DNA from: an uncultured Helicobacter sp.
Lineage (GTDB): Bacteria; Campylobacterota; Campylobacteria; Campylobacterales; Helicobacteraceae
Reading direction: 5' to 3'
Length of the DNA: 64,000 bases
NCBI GenBank assembly: GCA_944323645.1
Contig: CALUTE010000001.1
Location: 138,466 to 202,465 of the forward strand
The notes beneath the pieces were generated by a model. It searched no databases. It saw only the letters and a list, made by a program, of their open reading frames with translations, and was not told the origin of the DNA. Below, piece after piece: positions 1 to 11,082 of this stretch. The stretch's first letter is position 1. The number at the start of each line of letters is the position of its first letter. The position numbers and the translations under genes are program-made.

Positions 1-1959
1 TAGCAGTTTTTAACATATTTTGTAGCTTGGGGAGTGTTATATCATTAAGCGTTTGTATGCTCTGTAGCAAAGATTCTTGGCGCGCTTTGAATGTTTTATA
101 AAGTTTTGTATGCAAGAATGCTTGGCGATACTTTTGTGCATAGTCTTGATTATTGAGTGCCATTTCGAGTTGGGGCTTCGTAAAGCCTTGTAACTTTTGT
201 AAAAATATCTGTGCTTCCCTAGCTCGCTTAGTATAATATACTAGCATTGCTGCGCTTTTAGTAATAGTTTGTTGCTTTTTGTGGATATATGCAAATACGT
301 TGGTAATGTACTCTCTATATGCCTTATTAGCTTGTATGGTACAGATTAGTGTATTATCTCTGCCCTTTTTATGTGGAATTTCTTCAATATTAAGAGATTT
401 TGAAAAATAGCAAACATTATTACTGCGTAAAGTCTTTATTTGCATAGTTTGCGCCGTGATATGACTACCATTTGTACAAACAATACGAGCATTGTCTGCA
501 TAGATCTTGGCAGATTCTGCGGTATTTATTATGCACTTTTCACACAACAAAAAACCCCTATGTGTTAGAATCTTGGCATTTGTAGCAAAAATATTAGAAT
601 TATGGTGACTTGCACCATCAAGAGAAAGATAAGAGGCTTTTAACGTGGTATTACTACCAAGCATACCCAAGACATATAGCGTTTTGGCTTCGATATGAAG
701 ATTATCTCCAACCGCATCAACGCTACTATCATCAGAGATGATTCTAAGCTCTATGCCCGCTTCTATTCCGCCAAGTAGAGGTGGTGTAGTAGCAGCATTA
801 TATGATGTGGCAGGTGGCTGAAAAAAAACAAACATATCATTGCAACTATTTGCAGAGCTTATGCTAGAGATATTGGCATTGTCTTTGTTGGAATCTAATA
901 GTTTATGAAAATCTGGTTGCAGCGCTAAATTCTTGTTGGATTCTGCAATATCTTTTTGGCTAGAATCTAAAGAATACACGCGATCTGGTGGTGTGGCATA
1001 TCTAGCAGTATGCTTAGTGTTAAGCGCTATAAAACCTTGTATTTTAGAGTGGTATTGGATTTTATCTGCAAAAACTTGATAATAAATATGCTGCTGGTCT
1101 GTGGGTATAACACGACTAGAAGGGTTCGGTACAGACATATAAACTCCAGCTAGATTCCGCCCTGCCCTGCCCACATCGCCAAACTCATACACGCCAACAA
1201 CTTCATCAACTGCAACACCAAAAAATGCACTCTCAAATTGTTCTATCACAGAGGCATAGTATGCAGAATCTAGTTTAGAATCTTGCTTAGATTCTAAATG
1301 ATGAGAAGTTAGCAAGGTTTGGTAACGCTCTTGTGGTAAAAACACAAAGCGTGCTGGCTTTGGTGGGATAAATAACTCACTCTGTTTAATACAGAAAGAA
1401 TGCTGCTTCGCCTTTGGATCAGATTTGATTTGTGTAAGTATTTCTTGTAAGCGCAAACGGAGGGTTTTTAGGTTACACAAAATAATGCCCTCAAGCGCCA
1501 TAAGCGTTATGATCTCTGTGTAAAAATCTTCAAAGAATTCTGTCTCATCAAACGCGATAAAACTATCATCAAAATGCAACAACACTTTATCCTTATACTC
1601 TGATACCTCAAGAAAAAATGGACACTCGAATTCTTTGGGCACAACAAGCACATCGCAGACTTGCTTAATAGAAAAATGTTGCTGATTATATTGTGCAGAG
1701 ATATCTAGCTGCAAAGCTTCCTCTCTGCTTAAGGGCATAAACTCATTTGCAGTTTTTGTCATAGATTGGGAATTTGCTTGTAAATGCTTACTATGCAGCC
1801 AAGATATACTTTCTTCGGGCGTATCTATACGAACAAACAGCGTAAAATCTTGCACAATACATCGTGTTATACTCGAGTCAATTCCTTGCAATTTACAATG
1901 CTTATGAATACTGGCAGTTATATCCTCACAACCCACAATACAAAATGGCGTAAAAGACA
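1..1959 (-). CDS. Hypothetical protein, 3'-truncated by window edge; possibly DUF342/FapA-like
   Basis: Absent from the supplied ORF track because it runs off the window. My own reverse-complement translation from ATG 1959-1957 (MSFTPFCIVGCEDITAS...) stays open to position 1 (>650 codons). The central part has short repetitive beta-strand-like segments (AKILTHRGFLLCEKCIINTAESAKIYADNARIVCTNGSHITAQTMQIK) followed by a coiled-coil-like tail. The family call is from memory only. Alternative start at ATG 1763. Confidence 0.6.
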
Positions 1960-2079
1960 TTGGGCTTCCCTTGTTATAGACTCTATCTCAACCTTAGGCT
2001 TAAGAGGGTTATTGTTTTATAGTATATCAAACTTCTTTTAGCTACAATCTTCTTAATACTATAACAATTAAGGATATTT

Positions 2080-3555
2080 TTGTTAAAAAAAGCATTTTTT
2101 ACAAATAGTAGTGGTATTTTATGTTCGCGTATTTTTGGGTTTTTACGTGACTTGAGTATGGCAAATATTTTAGGTGCTGGCATTTATAGTGATATCTTTT
2201 TTGTTGCATTCAAATTCCCCAATTTATTTCGCAGAATATTTGGAGAAGGTGCTTTTACGCAGAGCTTTCTACCAAGTTTCATTGCTAGTAGCAAAAAAGG
2301 GGCATTTAGCGTATTAGTATTAGCAATCTTCTCGCTATTTCTGATTGGATTCTGCCTGCTTGTTATGATATTTAGCGGAGGTTTTACGCGACTTTTGGCA
2401 TTAGGATTTGATGCACAACTTATTGAAATCACAAAACCAATCGTAGCTATCCACTTTTGGTATTTATTCCTCGTTTTTATTGTAACTTTTTTGAGTACGC
2501 TTTTGCAGTATAAGCAAAGTTTTTGGGTAAGTGCTTATAACACTGCGCTGCTTAACATTGCGATGATTTGTGCGTTATTTTTGGCACGCAACCAAGAAGA
2601 GTTGGAGATTGTTTATTTTGTTAGCTATGGTGTACTTTTTGGTGGAGTTGCACAGATTTGTTTGCATTTTTATCCTCTCTATCGTTTGGGTTTCGTGCGG
2701 CTATTTTTATGCGGTTTAGGAGAAATAAAAATGGCATTGAATGGGGGTCTTATAAAAATGATATGCGCCACACAAGCCTCCGAAAAAGCTAAGATTCTAG
2801 CATATCGCATACGACTAGACCTAAAAAGATTTTTTACGCAATTTTTTCCAGCAATGCTAGGGAGCTCAACGGCACAGCTCGCCTCATTTGTTGATACATT
2901 GCTTGCCTCATTTTTAGCAAGTGGATCCATTTCGTATTTGTATTATGCAAATCGTATTTTTCAACTCCCACTAGCAATTTTTGCAATTGCCATTTCTACT
3001 GCACTTTTTCCTATGGTAGCAAAGGCAATCAAAGCAAAACAAGAGCAACAAGCGCTTGCAACAATGAAAAATGCATTTTGGTTTCTGCTTAGTATGCTTG
3101 CATTGTGTTCGATTGGGGGCATTATGCTTAGCGACCAAATTATTTGGTTGCTCTATGAACATGGTAAATTCACTCGTTCTGACACACTTGAGAGTGCAGC
3201 AGTATTTAGTGCATATATGATTGGGCTGCTTCCTTTTGGGTGTGCTAGAATCTTTTCTCTTTATCTCTATTCCTACAATGCCCAAGCACTCGCTGCAAAA
3301 ATTTCTGCTATTTCTTTGGGTATAGGAGTGGTGTTTTCTTTGATTTTTATGCAGTTTTTAGGTGCATTTGGGCTAGCTCTTGCTGGAAGTCTAAGTGGGT
3401 TTGTGCTCTTTGGGCTCACAATTAGGGCTTTTGGGCTAAATAAGTTTTGGACTACAATGCGTTCTGCAAAGTATGCATTATATACTATCTTAGCAATTAT
3501 GATTGAAATTATGCTACTACTAGGGTGGCGATATGTCGTGCAGATTCCTACATAA
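2080..3555 (+). CDS. murJ: Lipid II flippase MurJ (MviN)
   Basis: 491-aa polytopic membrane ORF with TTG start. The N-terminus (SRIFGFLRDLSMANILGAGIYSDIFFVAFKFPNLFRRIFGEGAFTQSFLP) is the canonical MurJ/MviN signature. Sits next to cysS as in H. pylori. Confidence 0.93.
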   Translation: MLKKAFFTNSSGILCSRIFGFLRDLSMANILGAGIYSDIFFVAFKFPNLFRRIFGEGAFTQSFLPSFIASSKKGAFSVLVLAIFSLFLIGFCLLVMIFSGGFTRLLALGFDAQLIEITKPIVAIHFWYLFLVFIVTFLSTLLQYKQSFWVSAYNTALLNIAMICALFLARNQEELEIVYFVSYGVLFGGVAQICLHFYPLYRLGFVRLFLCGLGEIKMALNGGLIKMICATQASEKAKILAYRIRLDLKRFFTQFFPAMLGSSTAQLASFVDTLLASFLASGSISYLYYANRIFQLPLAIFAIAISTALFPMVAKAIKAKQEQQALATMKNAFWFLLSMLALCSIGGIMLSDQIIWLLYEHGKFTRSDTLESAAVFSAYMIGLLPFGCARIFSLYLYSYNAQALAAKISAISLGIGVVFSLIFMQFLGAFGLALAGSLSGFVLFGLTIRAFGLNKFWTTMRSAKYALYTILAIMIEIMLLLGWRYVVQIPT

Positions 3556-3583
3556 TGACAACTAAATTATTCAAGGAGAGGTT

Positions 3584-5038
3584 ATGAAAATTTATGATAC
3601 ACGATATAAACAAAAGGTAGATTTTATACCAATCAAGTCAAAGCAAGTCAGAATCTATGTTTGTGGTCCTACTGTGTATGATGACGCGCATCTAGGACAT
3701 GCACGTAGCTCTATAGTCTTTGATCTTCTCCGAAGAACCTTTATGGCACTTGGCTACAAGGTGTTGTTTGTCAAAAACTTTACCGATATTGATGACAAAA
3801 TCATCAACAAAGCCAACGCCAACAACTGCACTCCAGAGGCAATAGCACAGCGATACACGCAAAGCTATCTTAATGATATGGAAGCACTAGGTGTGCTGCC
3901 TCCAGATAGTATGCCAAAAGCCACAGAGAATCTTGATCAAATCATTATGCTTATTAAAAAACTGCTTGCAAACAATATAGCCTATCAGCTCGAAAACGGA
4001 GACATTTACCTTAATGTGCCTAAAGATACACATTATGGGAGTATTTCTTCGCGAGGGATTGATGATGAAAATCAAGCTAGAATCACTAATGATGAACACA
4101 AAAAAGACTTACGCGATTTTGCTCTGTGGAAAAGCTACAAAGGTACAAATGATGTTGGCTATGAAAGTCCTTTTGGTAGGGGACGACCAGGTTGGCATAT
4201 TGAATGTTCGGCGATGATAGAAGAAGTGCTAGCCTACCAAGATGAGCCGTATGCTATCGATATTCACGGAGGTGGTGTAGATTTGCTATTTCCTCATCAC
4301 GAAAATGAAGCGAGCCAAACACGTTGTGCAACAGGGCACGAGCTTGCTAAGTATTGGATGCATAATGGCTTTGTCAATATCAATGGCGAAAAAATGAGTA
4401 AGAGTCTTGGGAATAGTTTTTTTATCAAAGATGCGCTTAAAGTATATAGTGGTGAAGTGTTGCGTAATTATCTTTTAGGAGTACATTATCGTGCCATCCT
4501 GCATTTCAACGAAGAAGATTTACTTACTGCCAAAAAACGACTTGACAAAATTTATCGTCTTAAAAAACGTATAGCAAGCGGTTTTCCTAATGGTATAATT
4601 GAAGCACACGAATATCTAAAAAAGCAAGTAGAATCTAAAGATATGGTAGATACGGCATTTTGTGAGGCAATACTTGGAGCAATGTGTGATGATCTAAATA
4701 TCTCAAAGGCTTTAAGCATCGTAGAAGAAATGCTCAATGCTGCCAACATAGCACTTGATGCATCTCCAAAAGATAAAATGCTCAAGGTAAAATTGCTAGC
4801 AAATTTAGATTTTTTATCCCGCTTGCTGGGCATTGGTGGGAGCGACGAGGTGAGCTATTTTCAGCAAGGTGTCGATACTGCACAAAAAGAGCATATAGAA
4901 ACAATTCTAAAAGAGCGCACAAGAGCCAAACAAAACAAAGACTATGCGCGTGCTGACTCCTTGCGAGTAGAACTTGAAAAGATGGGAATATTATTAAGTG
5001 ATACACCAAATGGAACAATATGGGAAAAAGTAGAATGA
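3584..5038 (+). CDS. cysS: Cysteine--tRNA ligase
   Basis: 484 aa. Class I aaRS HIGH motif (HLGHARS) and KMSKS motif (KMSKSLGN). RBS aaggagag upstream. Confidence 0.97.
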   Translation: MKIYDTRYKQKVDFIPIKSKQVRIYVCGPTVYDDAHLGHARSSIVFDLLRRTFMALGYKVLFVKNFTDIDDKIINKANANNCTPEAIAQRYTQSYLNDMEALGVLPPDSMPKATENLDQIIMLIKKLLANNIAYQLENGDIYLNVPKDTHYGSISSRGIDDENQARITNDEHKKDLRDFALWKSYKGTNDVGYESPFGRGRPGWHIECSAMIEEVLAYQDEPYAIDIHGGGVDLLFPHHENEASQTRCATGHELAKYWMHNGFVNINGEKMSKSLGNSFFIKDALKVYSGEVLRNYLLGVHYRAILHFNEEDLLTAKKRLDKIYRLKKRIASGFPNGIIEAHEYLKKQVESKDMVDTAFCEAILGAMCDDLNISKALSIVEEMLNAANIALDASPKDKMLKVKLLANLDFLSRLLGIGGSDEVSYFQQGVDTAQKEHIETILKERTRAKQNKDYARADSLRVELEKMGILLSDTPNGTIWEKVE

Positions 5039-5130
5039 TATTGTGGCAAACTCCCACAGACCTAAGCATAGAAAACGTGTGCTATTTAAATTCTTTTGGT
5101 TATAATTCCCTATTCTGATAAAGGCTATTT

Positions 5131-5853
5131 ATGGATATTTCTTGCACTACTGCTTTTAAAGCCCTAAAAAGAGATAAAACCATATATGCAATATTTTTCA
5201 TATATTTTTTGAAGCTATGCGCAATATTATGTATGGGGCTAATTATCCTCACCCTAAATGCGTGCGACAAAAAAAACAACAATGAATTTAATAAGCCCGC
5301 AATGTATTGGTATCAAAGTATTTTTAAAGAGATTAAATTTGGAAATCTAGAAAGTGCAGATAATTTCTACGCTTCACTCCAAAGCGAGCATATCAACTCT
5401 CCCTTATTACCAGAATCTATGCTTATACTTGGACAAGCACATATGAAAAAGGAAGAATATTTGCTTGCTGAATTTTATTTTGATGAGTATTTGAAGCGTT
5501 TTTCTACTATGCAAAATGCCGATTATGTTATGTACCTGAAGTTACAAAGCCGCTATTATGGATTGAAAAATTATAGCAAAGATCAAGAATTTTTCTCGGC
5601 AAGCCTTGGGGAATTTGATACATTTCTTGAGCGTTTTCCAAATAGTCGTTATGTGCCTTTTGTACAAACTATGCAGGTGCGTTTCGTACTTGGTCAAAAT
5701 GAGCTCAATAAAGGAATAGTAAATGTTTATAAAAAACAAAGAAAAACAGAAGCTACGCAAAAATACCTAGATAGAATCGATGAAGAACTAACATCTAATG
5801 CAAAGCCCAAACCGTCACATATACCTTGGTATGTGCGTATGTTTAATTGGTGA
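5131..5853 (+). CDS. bamD: Outer membrane assembly lipoprotein BamD/ComL-like (TPR-like)
   Basis: 240 aa. Signal peptide ending in a lipobox-like LTLNAC. The YWYQS...FGNLESADNFY...LGQAHMKKEEYLLAEFYFDEYLKRFP pattern is typical of BamD/YfiO. Lies immediately upstream of lon, as comL-lon does in H. pylori. Confidence 0.8.
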   Translation: MDISCTTAFKALKRDKTIYAIFFIYFLKLCAILCMGLIILTLNACDKKNNNEFNKPAMYWYQSIFKEIKFGNLESADNFYASLQSEHINSPLLPESMLILGQAHMKKEEYLLAEFYFDEYLKRFSTMQNADYVMYLKLQSRYYGLKNYSKDQEFFSASLGEFDTFLERFPNSRYVPFVQTMQVRFVLGQNELNKGIVNVYKKQRKTEATQKYLDRIDEELTSNAKPKPSHIPWYVRMFNW

Positions 5854-5873
5854 TCAAAACAGAAGGAGTATAA

Positions 5874-8327
5874 ATGCATATTGCTGATGATTTTCCTAGA
5901 GTCCTGCCAATACTTGTTGAAGAAGAATTTGTATATCCATTTGGGATTATTCCTATTTTCACGTACGATGAAAAAAATATCAAAGCTGCAAATAAAGCTG
6001 CAGAAACCAATCGTCTAGTACTTGTATGCTGCTCAAAGACAGCGCGCGATGAAGAAAAGCGCGAAGAGGGTGAATTCTATGATGTAGGTGTCGTGTGTGA
6101 AATTGTACGCAAAGTATCGCTTCCAGATGGTCGCACCAAAATCCTTGTGCAAGGTGTTGCAATCGCAAAGATTCTAGAAGTACAAAGCAATGATACACAA
6201 GAGGCTATTGAGGTTATGACAGACATTATTAGATACGAAGCATATAATGTTGAACGCGTAGAAGCAATGATTATGTTTTTACGTGAAAATGTACAAAATT
6301 ATGCCAACCTAAGCCAATTTCCACCAGAAATGTTAAAAACTCTTGAAGAGACAAGCGAACCTAATCGTCTTATTAATCTTGTTGCTTCTACATTGCATCT
6401 CAAAAAAGATGTTATTTATAGGCTTTTTGCAAGCAATAAGATTGAAGAAAGAATGATGAAGATCATCGATCTGATTACTCAAGAAATTCAAGTCTTAAAA
6501 CTTCAAAAAGAAATCAAATCGCGCGTACATAACAAAATGGATCAAGTCAATCGTGAATATTTTCTCAAAGAGCAATTGCGTCAAATCCAAAAAGAGTTAG
6601 GAATAGATAAGCAGCGTGATGAAGAAATTGATGAGTTTTCTAAAAAGCTTGAATCTATTAAAGATTTTCTCAACAAAGACGCTTACAAAGAAATCAAAAA
6701 GCAAATTAATCGCCTCTCTAAAATGCACCAAGAAAGTGCAGACGCAAATCTTTTACAAAACTATGTTGAATGGGTGCTTGAAATTCCATTTGGAACGTAT
6801 GCCAAAGGCGAGCTTTCCATAAAAAATGTGCAAAAACAGCTTGATATCGATCATTGCTCACTCATAAAACCAAAGGAGCGTATTATTGAATATTTTGCAG
6901 TACGCGAATTGCTGGCTAAAAATAAAAAGCACCCAAAGACAACCAAACAAAACACCCAATCCGCCGCAGAAAAAGATGATGAGCAAGGTGCTCGAGGTAC
7001 AATTTTGTGCTTCTATGGACCACCGGGTGTTGGAAAAACAAGCCTTGCAAATTCAATTGCAAAGGCTATGGGGAGGCAGCTTGTGCGTATAGCACTAGGA
7101 GGGCTTGAAGATGTGAATGAACTGCGCGGACATAGACGTACATATATTGGTGCTATGCCTGGTAGAATCGTACAAGGGCTTATTGACGCAAAAGAAATGA
7201 ATCCAGTTATGGTGCTTGATGAGATAGACAAGGTTGCGCGTGGAGTACGTGGCGACCCCACAAGTGTTTTACTTGAGATTCTTGATCCGGAGCAAAATAT
7301 TGAATTCCGTGATTATTATACAAACTTTAGTATCGATCTCTCGCAAGTAATTTTTATTGCAACCGCTAATGATATTACTTCGATTCCAGCTCCTTTGCGC
7401 GACAGGATGGAATTTATTGCGATTTCTAGCTATACACCACAAGAAAAAGAGCAGATTGCTAATAAATATCTAATTCCACAAGAGCTAAAAAAGCATGGGC
7501 TAACCCAAAAACAACTAAGCTTTACAAAAGAGTGCATAAAGACATTAATCGAGCGCTACACACGCGAAGCCGGGGTGCGCAATCTACGCCGCGTGCTTGC
7601 TACGATTATGCGTAAGGTTGCAACCCAGGTTCTAAGTAACCCAAAATTTAATCCCATAAAGCTCACATCAAAACAGATTCCGAACTTTCTTGATAAAATT
7701 GTTTTTGAGATTGACCCAGCACAAAAAATATCACGCATAGGTGTTATCAACGGGCTTGCTTGGACAAGCGTTGGAGGTGATGTGCTAAAAATTGAAGCAA
7801 TTAGACTACGTGGAAAGGGCGATTTGATGCTGACAGGGAGTCTTGGTGATGTGATGAAAGAGTCTGCACAAATTGCACACTCTGTGGTGAAAGTACTTAT
7901 TGATAATGGCACACTAGATTCTGATAATGCTATGCTAAAATCGAAAAAAGGCAAAAAAGAACCTGCGCTTTATGATCAATATAATATTCACCTTCATCTT
8001 CCAGAAGGTGCAACACCCAAAGACGGACCAAGTGCTGGGATTGCTATGGCTTGTGTGATTGCTTCTATTTTATGCCAAAAACCAATCAGTGGAGAAATTG
8101 CTATGACAGGAGAACTTACGCTTACTGGCGATGTACTCGCTATTGGTGGGCTAAAAGAAAAACTTATCGCTGCACACAAGGCTTCAATTAAGCGTGTTCT
8201 TATCCCAAGCAAAAACTTTGAACGCGATTTGGCTGAAATCCCAAAAGAAGTACTAAATAGCATAAAAATCATTCCTGTAAAAACTATTAACGAAGTTTTT
8301 AAAGAAGTATTCCAAAAGCACAAATAA
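5874..8327 (+). CDS. lon: ATP-dependent Lon protease
   Basis: 817 aa. Walker A GPPGVGKTS, and a protease-domain catalytic Ser context (PKDGPSAGIAMA) followed by a later Lys. Confidence 0.97.
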   Translation: MHIADDFPRVLPILVEEEFVYPFGIIPIFTYDEKNIKAANKAAETNRLVLVCCSKTARDEEKREEGEFYDVGVVCEIVRKVSLPDGRTKILVQGVAIAKILEVQSNDTQEAIEVMTDIIRYEAYNVERVEAMIMFLRENVQNYANLSQFPPEMLKTLEETSEPNRLINLVASTLHLKKDVIYRLFASNKIEERMMKIIDLITQEIQVLKLQKEIKSRVHNKMDQVNREYFLKEQLRQIQKELGIDKQRDEEIDEFSKKLESIKDFLNKDAYKEIKKQINRLSKMHQESADANLLQNYVEWVLEIPFGTYAKGELSIKNVQKQLDIDHCSLIKPKERIIEYFAVRELLAKNKKHPKTTKQNTQSAAEKDDEQGARGTILCFYGPPGVGKTSLANSIAKAMGRQLVRIALGGLEDVNELRGHRRTYIGAMPGRIVQGLIDAKEMNPVMVLDEIDKVARGVRGDPTSVLLEILDPEQNIEFRDYYTNFSIDLSQVIFIATANDITSIPAPLRDRMEFIAISSYTPQEKEQIANKYLIPQELKKHGLTQKQLSFTKECIKTLIERYTREAGVRNLRRVLATIMRKVATQVLSNPKFNPIKLTSKQIPNFLDKIVFEIDPAQKISRIGVINGLAWTSVGGDVLKIEAIRLRGKGDLMLTGSLGDVMKESAQIAHSVVKVLIDNGTLDSDNAMLKSKKGKKEPALYDQYNIHLHLPEGATPKDGPSAGIAMACVIASILCQKPISGEIAMTGELTLTGDVLAIGGLKEKLIAAHKASIKRVLIPSKNFERDLAEIPKEVLNSIKIIPVKTINEVFKEVFQKHK

Positions 8328-8638
8328 ATCCTTGTCTTTTGGACAAAACTTTGTAGCATAGCAATAAACCTCAAGCAGTTACATTAGCGAAATGAACCAT
8401 AATAGTTGGGATAAAACTTTGAAAATCAATAAAATCTAAGTCAATAAAACAGGGGCTAAATTATAAAGTATAATCCAAAATCCAATTATAGAATCTATGC
8501 TACAAAATCTATCCGATCTTATCCCCTTAAACTCTCTTATTATCCCACATACTTTTATAGCTATGGACATTAAACTACAATATCTAAATTCTAGGAGAAC
8601 CCTTGCAGCTTGCAAAGGCTTCATTGGTTTTAGCGACA

Positions 8639-10477
8639 CTATTTTTTTGTAAGCGGCTTATTGACCTTATTGTAATCATAAGGAACAAGACTTTCATCAA
8701 GCTCAAGCAAATTCTTACTTGGAGATCTATTAATATCTTTTTCATCTTCTTCGTGGTAATAAAGATCACCCTTCTTGTGTCCTTCCATATCTACAGGATA
8801 GCGAAGTTCGCCTGGTGCAAACTTTTGAATGTCTTTAAAACCAAGATTTGAAGGCATAATACTAATTCCATCTTTTGCAGCAATCGCCGTAAGAAGTGCT
8901 TGGGCTTCTTTTGCCATTGCAATTGATTGCCCCATAATTCTAGCTGCTTCAGTTGGATTATGGAATCCAGTCGAATTCTCTGCATTCACAAAATCAGCAC
9001 GCAATTGTGATTTGCGATGCAACTCAAGCACAGCCTTCAAGGCTTGGGAGATTTTGCCATCATCAGCTTTGCCATCGGTTTGATATTTTGGCATAGTGCC
9101 CATTTGTTCGCGCACCTTCTTAACATCTTCAATTAAACTCACAATAGTATATTCTGCATTTCTTTGCATAGAAGCAATAGAAGTTTGAATGTTATAAACC
9201 TGCTTTTTCAGATAGTCTTCTGATTGGTTATGGCAAGTTTTGCAAGAAGCATTGACATCATTAAGTGGCGAAATAAATTGATGGTTTGAAACTTTTTTGG
9301 CACCATTACGCACGTATGGCATATGGCAGTCTGCACAGCTTACACCATTTTGAGCGTGAATTCCACCACTGGCAAGCTCTGTTTCTGGGTGTTGAATTTT
9401 TATCATAGGTGCTTTTGTTTCTTTATGAATCCAATCTTGTGGAAATTTATCCCTAACTTTTTCGTAATAATCATCAAACATTTCAATTCTAAAAGGCTCA
9501 CCTTTCTTCCACTCACTCCAAGGAAAAGCAAGTATGACACCATCTACTTCTATCTGCGTAGGCTTGTTGCCATTGCGCCAATAATCAATTTGATCATAAG
9601 TTTTTTGCGTACCATCAAGCCATTTTGCACTTGGATCACTTGCTATGCTCTCTCCAATAGTTGTTACCCTACCAGCTGGAGCAAAATAATATTCTGTATG
9701 GCACTGCGCGCATACAAGTGTTCGCATTTCTTGTCGCGTTGCTTTCACGCCTTGTGTTTTATCTGCTTCATATCCGCGAGATATGAGCGCATTAACAAGT
9801 GCCGGACGCGTAATACGCAAACTCATATCTTCTGGAGAGTGGCAGTCTGCACAAGTAAGCCCCATTCTTGTGCCACTATGAAGTCCTGTGTGTTCCTTGC
9901 TGTCTAAAGCTTCATTATCTAGAGCTGGCACGTTTTTTATCATAGTCCAATATTTTGCGCTATTAAATGCCACAAAATCGTTTTTAGAGACATTTTCAAG
10001 CAGCCAATTCGTCCAACCACTATGACAGTTCATACAGGCGGTTGGCTGCCCTGCAAATGCTTTAAGTCCGGAAGCATTAAGAAAGTCCTTGTTATTACGC
10101 GCAGTCTTCATTTGATCAGATTGAATAAAAAAATGATGTCGCTCCTCATTGAAATCAAATGAAAACGGATAACCTGCCCACATTTTTACTAATTGTGGAT
10201 ATCTATCAAGCTTATTGTATGAAATATTTCCACCAAAATCTGTGGATTTAAGCGTATAGTTCGCACCGCTCAAATACATATCTAAGTAATCTTGAAAACG
10301 AGAACCCCAAGTAGTCAATCGTGGATCGCTATCACTAAGACCAAGTGAAGAGTTTTTATTAAGTGCATTCTGTTCTCCCCTTTTTTCCCCAATATCTGCA
10401 CTAATATACGCTACAACTGCTCCAATAACTATGGCAATCACAAGAACAATCCACATCATTTTTTTACTCATTGTCAT
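8639..10477 (-). CDS. nrfA: Pentahaem cytochrome c nitrite reductase NrfA
   Basis: 612 aa with an N-terminal signal anchor. Five CXXCH motifs (CMNCH, CADCH, CAQCH, CADCH, CKTCH). Encoded directly downstream of nrfH. Confidence 0.93.
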   Translation of the reverse strand: MTMSKKMMWIVLVIAIVIGAVVAYISADIGEKRGEQNALNKNSSLGLSDSDPRLTTWGSRFQDYLDMYLSGANYTLKSTDFGGNISYNKLDRYPQLVKMWAGYPFSFDFNEERHHFFIQSDQMKTARNNKDFLNASGLKAFAGQPTACMNCHSGWTNWLLENVSKNDFVAFNSAKYWTMIKNVPALDNEALDSKEHTGLHSGTRMGLTCADCHSPEDMSLRITRPALVNALISRGYEADKTQGVKATRQEMRTLVCAQCHTEYYFAPAGRVTTIGESIASDPSAKWLDGTQKTYDQIDYWRNGNKPTQIEVDGVILAFPWSEWKKGEPFRIEMFDDYYEKVRDKFPQDWIHKETKAPMIKIQHPETELASGGIHAQNGVSCADCHMPYVRNGAKKVSNHQFISPLNDVNASCKTCHNQSEDYLKKQVYNIQTSIASMQRNAEYTIVSLIEDVKKVREQMGTMPKYQTDGKADDGKISQALKAVLELHRKSQLRADFVNAENSTGFHNPTEAARIMGQSIAMAKEAQALLTAIAAKDGISIMPSNLGFKDIQKFAPGELRYPVDMEGHKKGDLYYHEEDEKDINRSPSKNLLELDESLVPYDYNKVNKPLTKK

Positions 10478-10498
10478 CTCCTTTTATGATAATGTAGC

Positions 10499-10972
10499 CT
10501 AAAAGCTTCGCAAATGCCCAACATCTTTGTGGCAAGAAGTGCAGTCTAAAGCCTCTTGGCTATGCTTACTATTTATAGTAGGGTCAATAACATTCTGCAC
10601 ATAATCTCCGTGGCAACGAATGCAATTCTCCTGTACCCAAGCTCTTGTATTTTCATTGGCTGTGAAATTAGGCGGTAAATGCTTGTCAAATGTGAAGTGA
10701 TAGGCGTGCCCTAAGCCTGTCTGTGCTTTTGCCACCCACTTTCTAGCAAATGAGTGGGGCAAGTGGCAATCTGCACACCCCACATTTTTATGCGAACTTT
10801 TTGTGTAGTCTGCATACACCTCATTCATAACATGGCAATTGTTGCATTGTGATGAATCTTGTGAGAGATAGCTCAAAGCATCAGCATTATAAAGACTATA
10901 AACACCATTTCCTACAATAAAACCCACCGCAAACACTACTACAATAATGATAGTAGAGACTTTTTTGTTCAT
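10499..10972 (-). CDS. nrfH: Tetrahaem cytochrome c quinol dehydrogenase NrfH (NapC/NirT family)
   Basis: N-terminal membrane helix plus four CXXCH motifs (CNNCH, CADCH, CIRCH, CTSCH). I chose ATG 10972 because aaggggag lies about 7 nt upstream. The track ORF extends to 10993. Confidence 0.9.
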   Translation of the reverse strand: MNKKVSTIIIVVVFAVGFIVGNGVYSLYNADALSYLSQDSSQCNNCHVMNEVYADYTKSSHKNVGCADCHLPHSFARKWVAKAQTGLGHAYHFTFDKHLPPNFTANENTRAWVQENCIRCHGDYVQNVIDPTINSKHSQEALDCTSCHKDVGHLRSF

Positions 10973-11082
10973 TTCTGCTCTCCCCTTGATCACATTATCT
11001 TTCGAGCAGTACTGATTGTATAAAATTTTTGTACAAAAAACAAGAAATTTGTTATATATTACTTATATTCTAAATCATACTT

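Noticed and set aside
8328-8638. Small ORFs (61-82 aa) and an imperfect stem (about 8600-8620) in the lon/nrfA convergent spacer
   Set aside because: The ORFs overlap each other and the nrfA 3' end and have AT-driven composition. The stem is imperfect and lacks a T-run on either strand, so I make no confident terminator call.
9323-9907. 194-aa ORF on the + strand inside nrfA
   Set aside because: It lies entirely antisense to a confidently identified haem protein gene. It has a Cys/Phe-rich, odd composition typical of shadow ORFs and no RBS.
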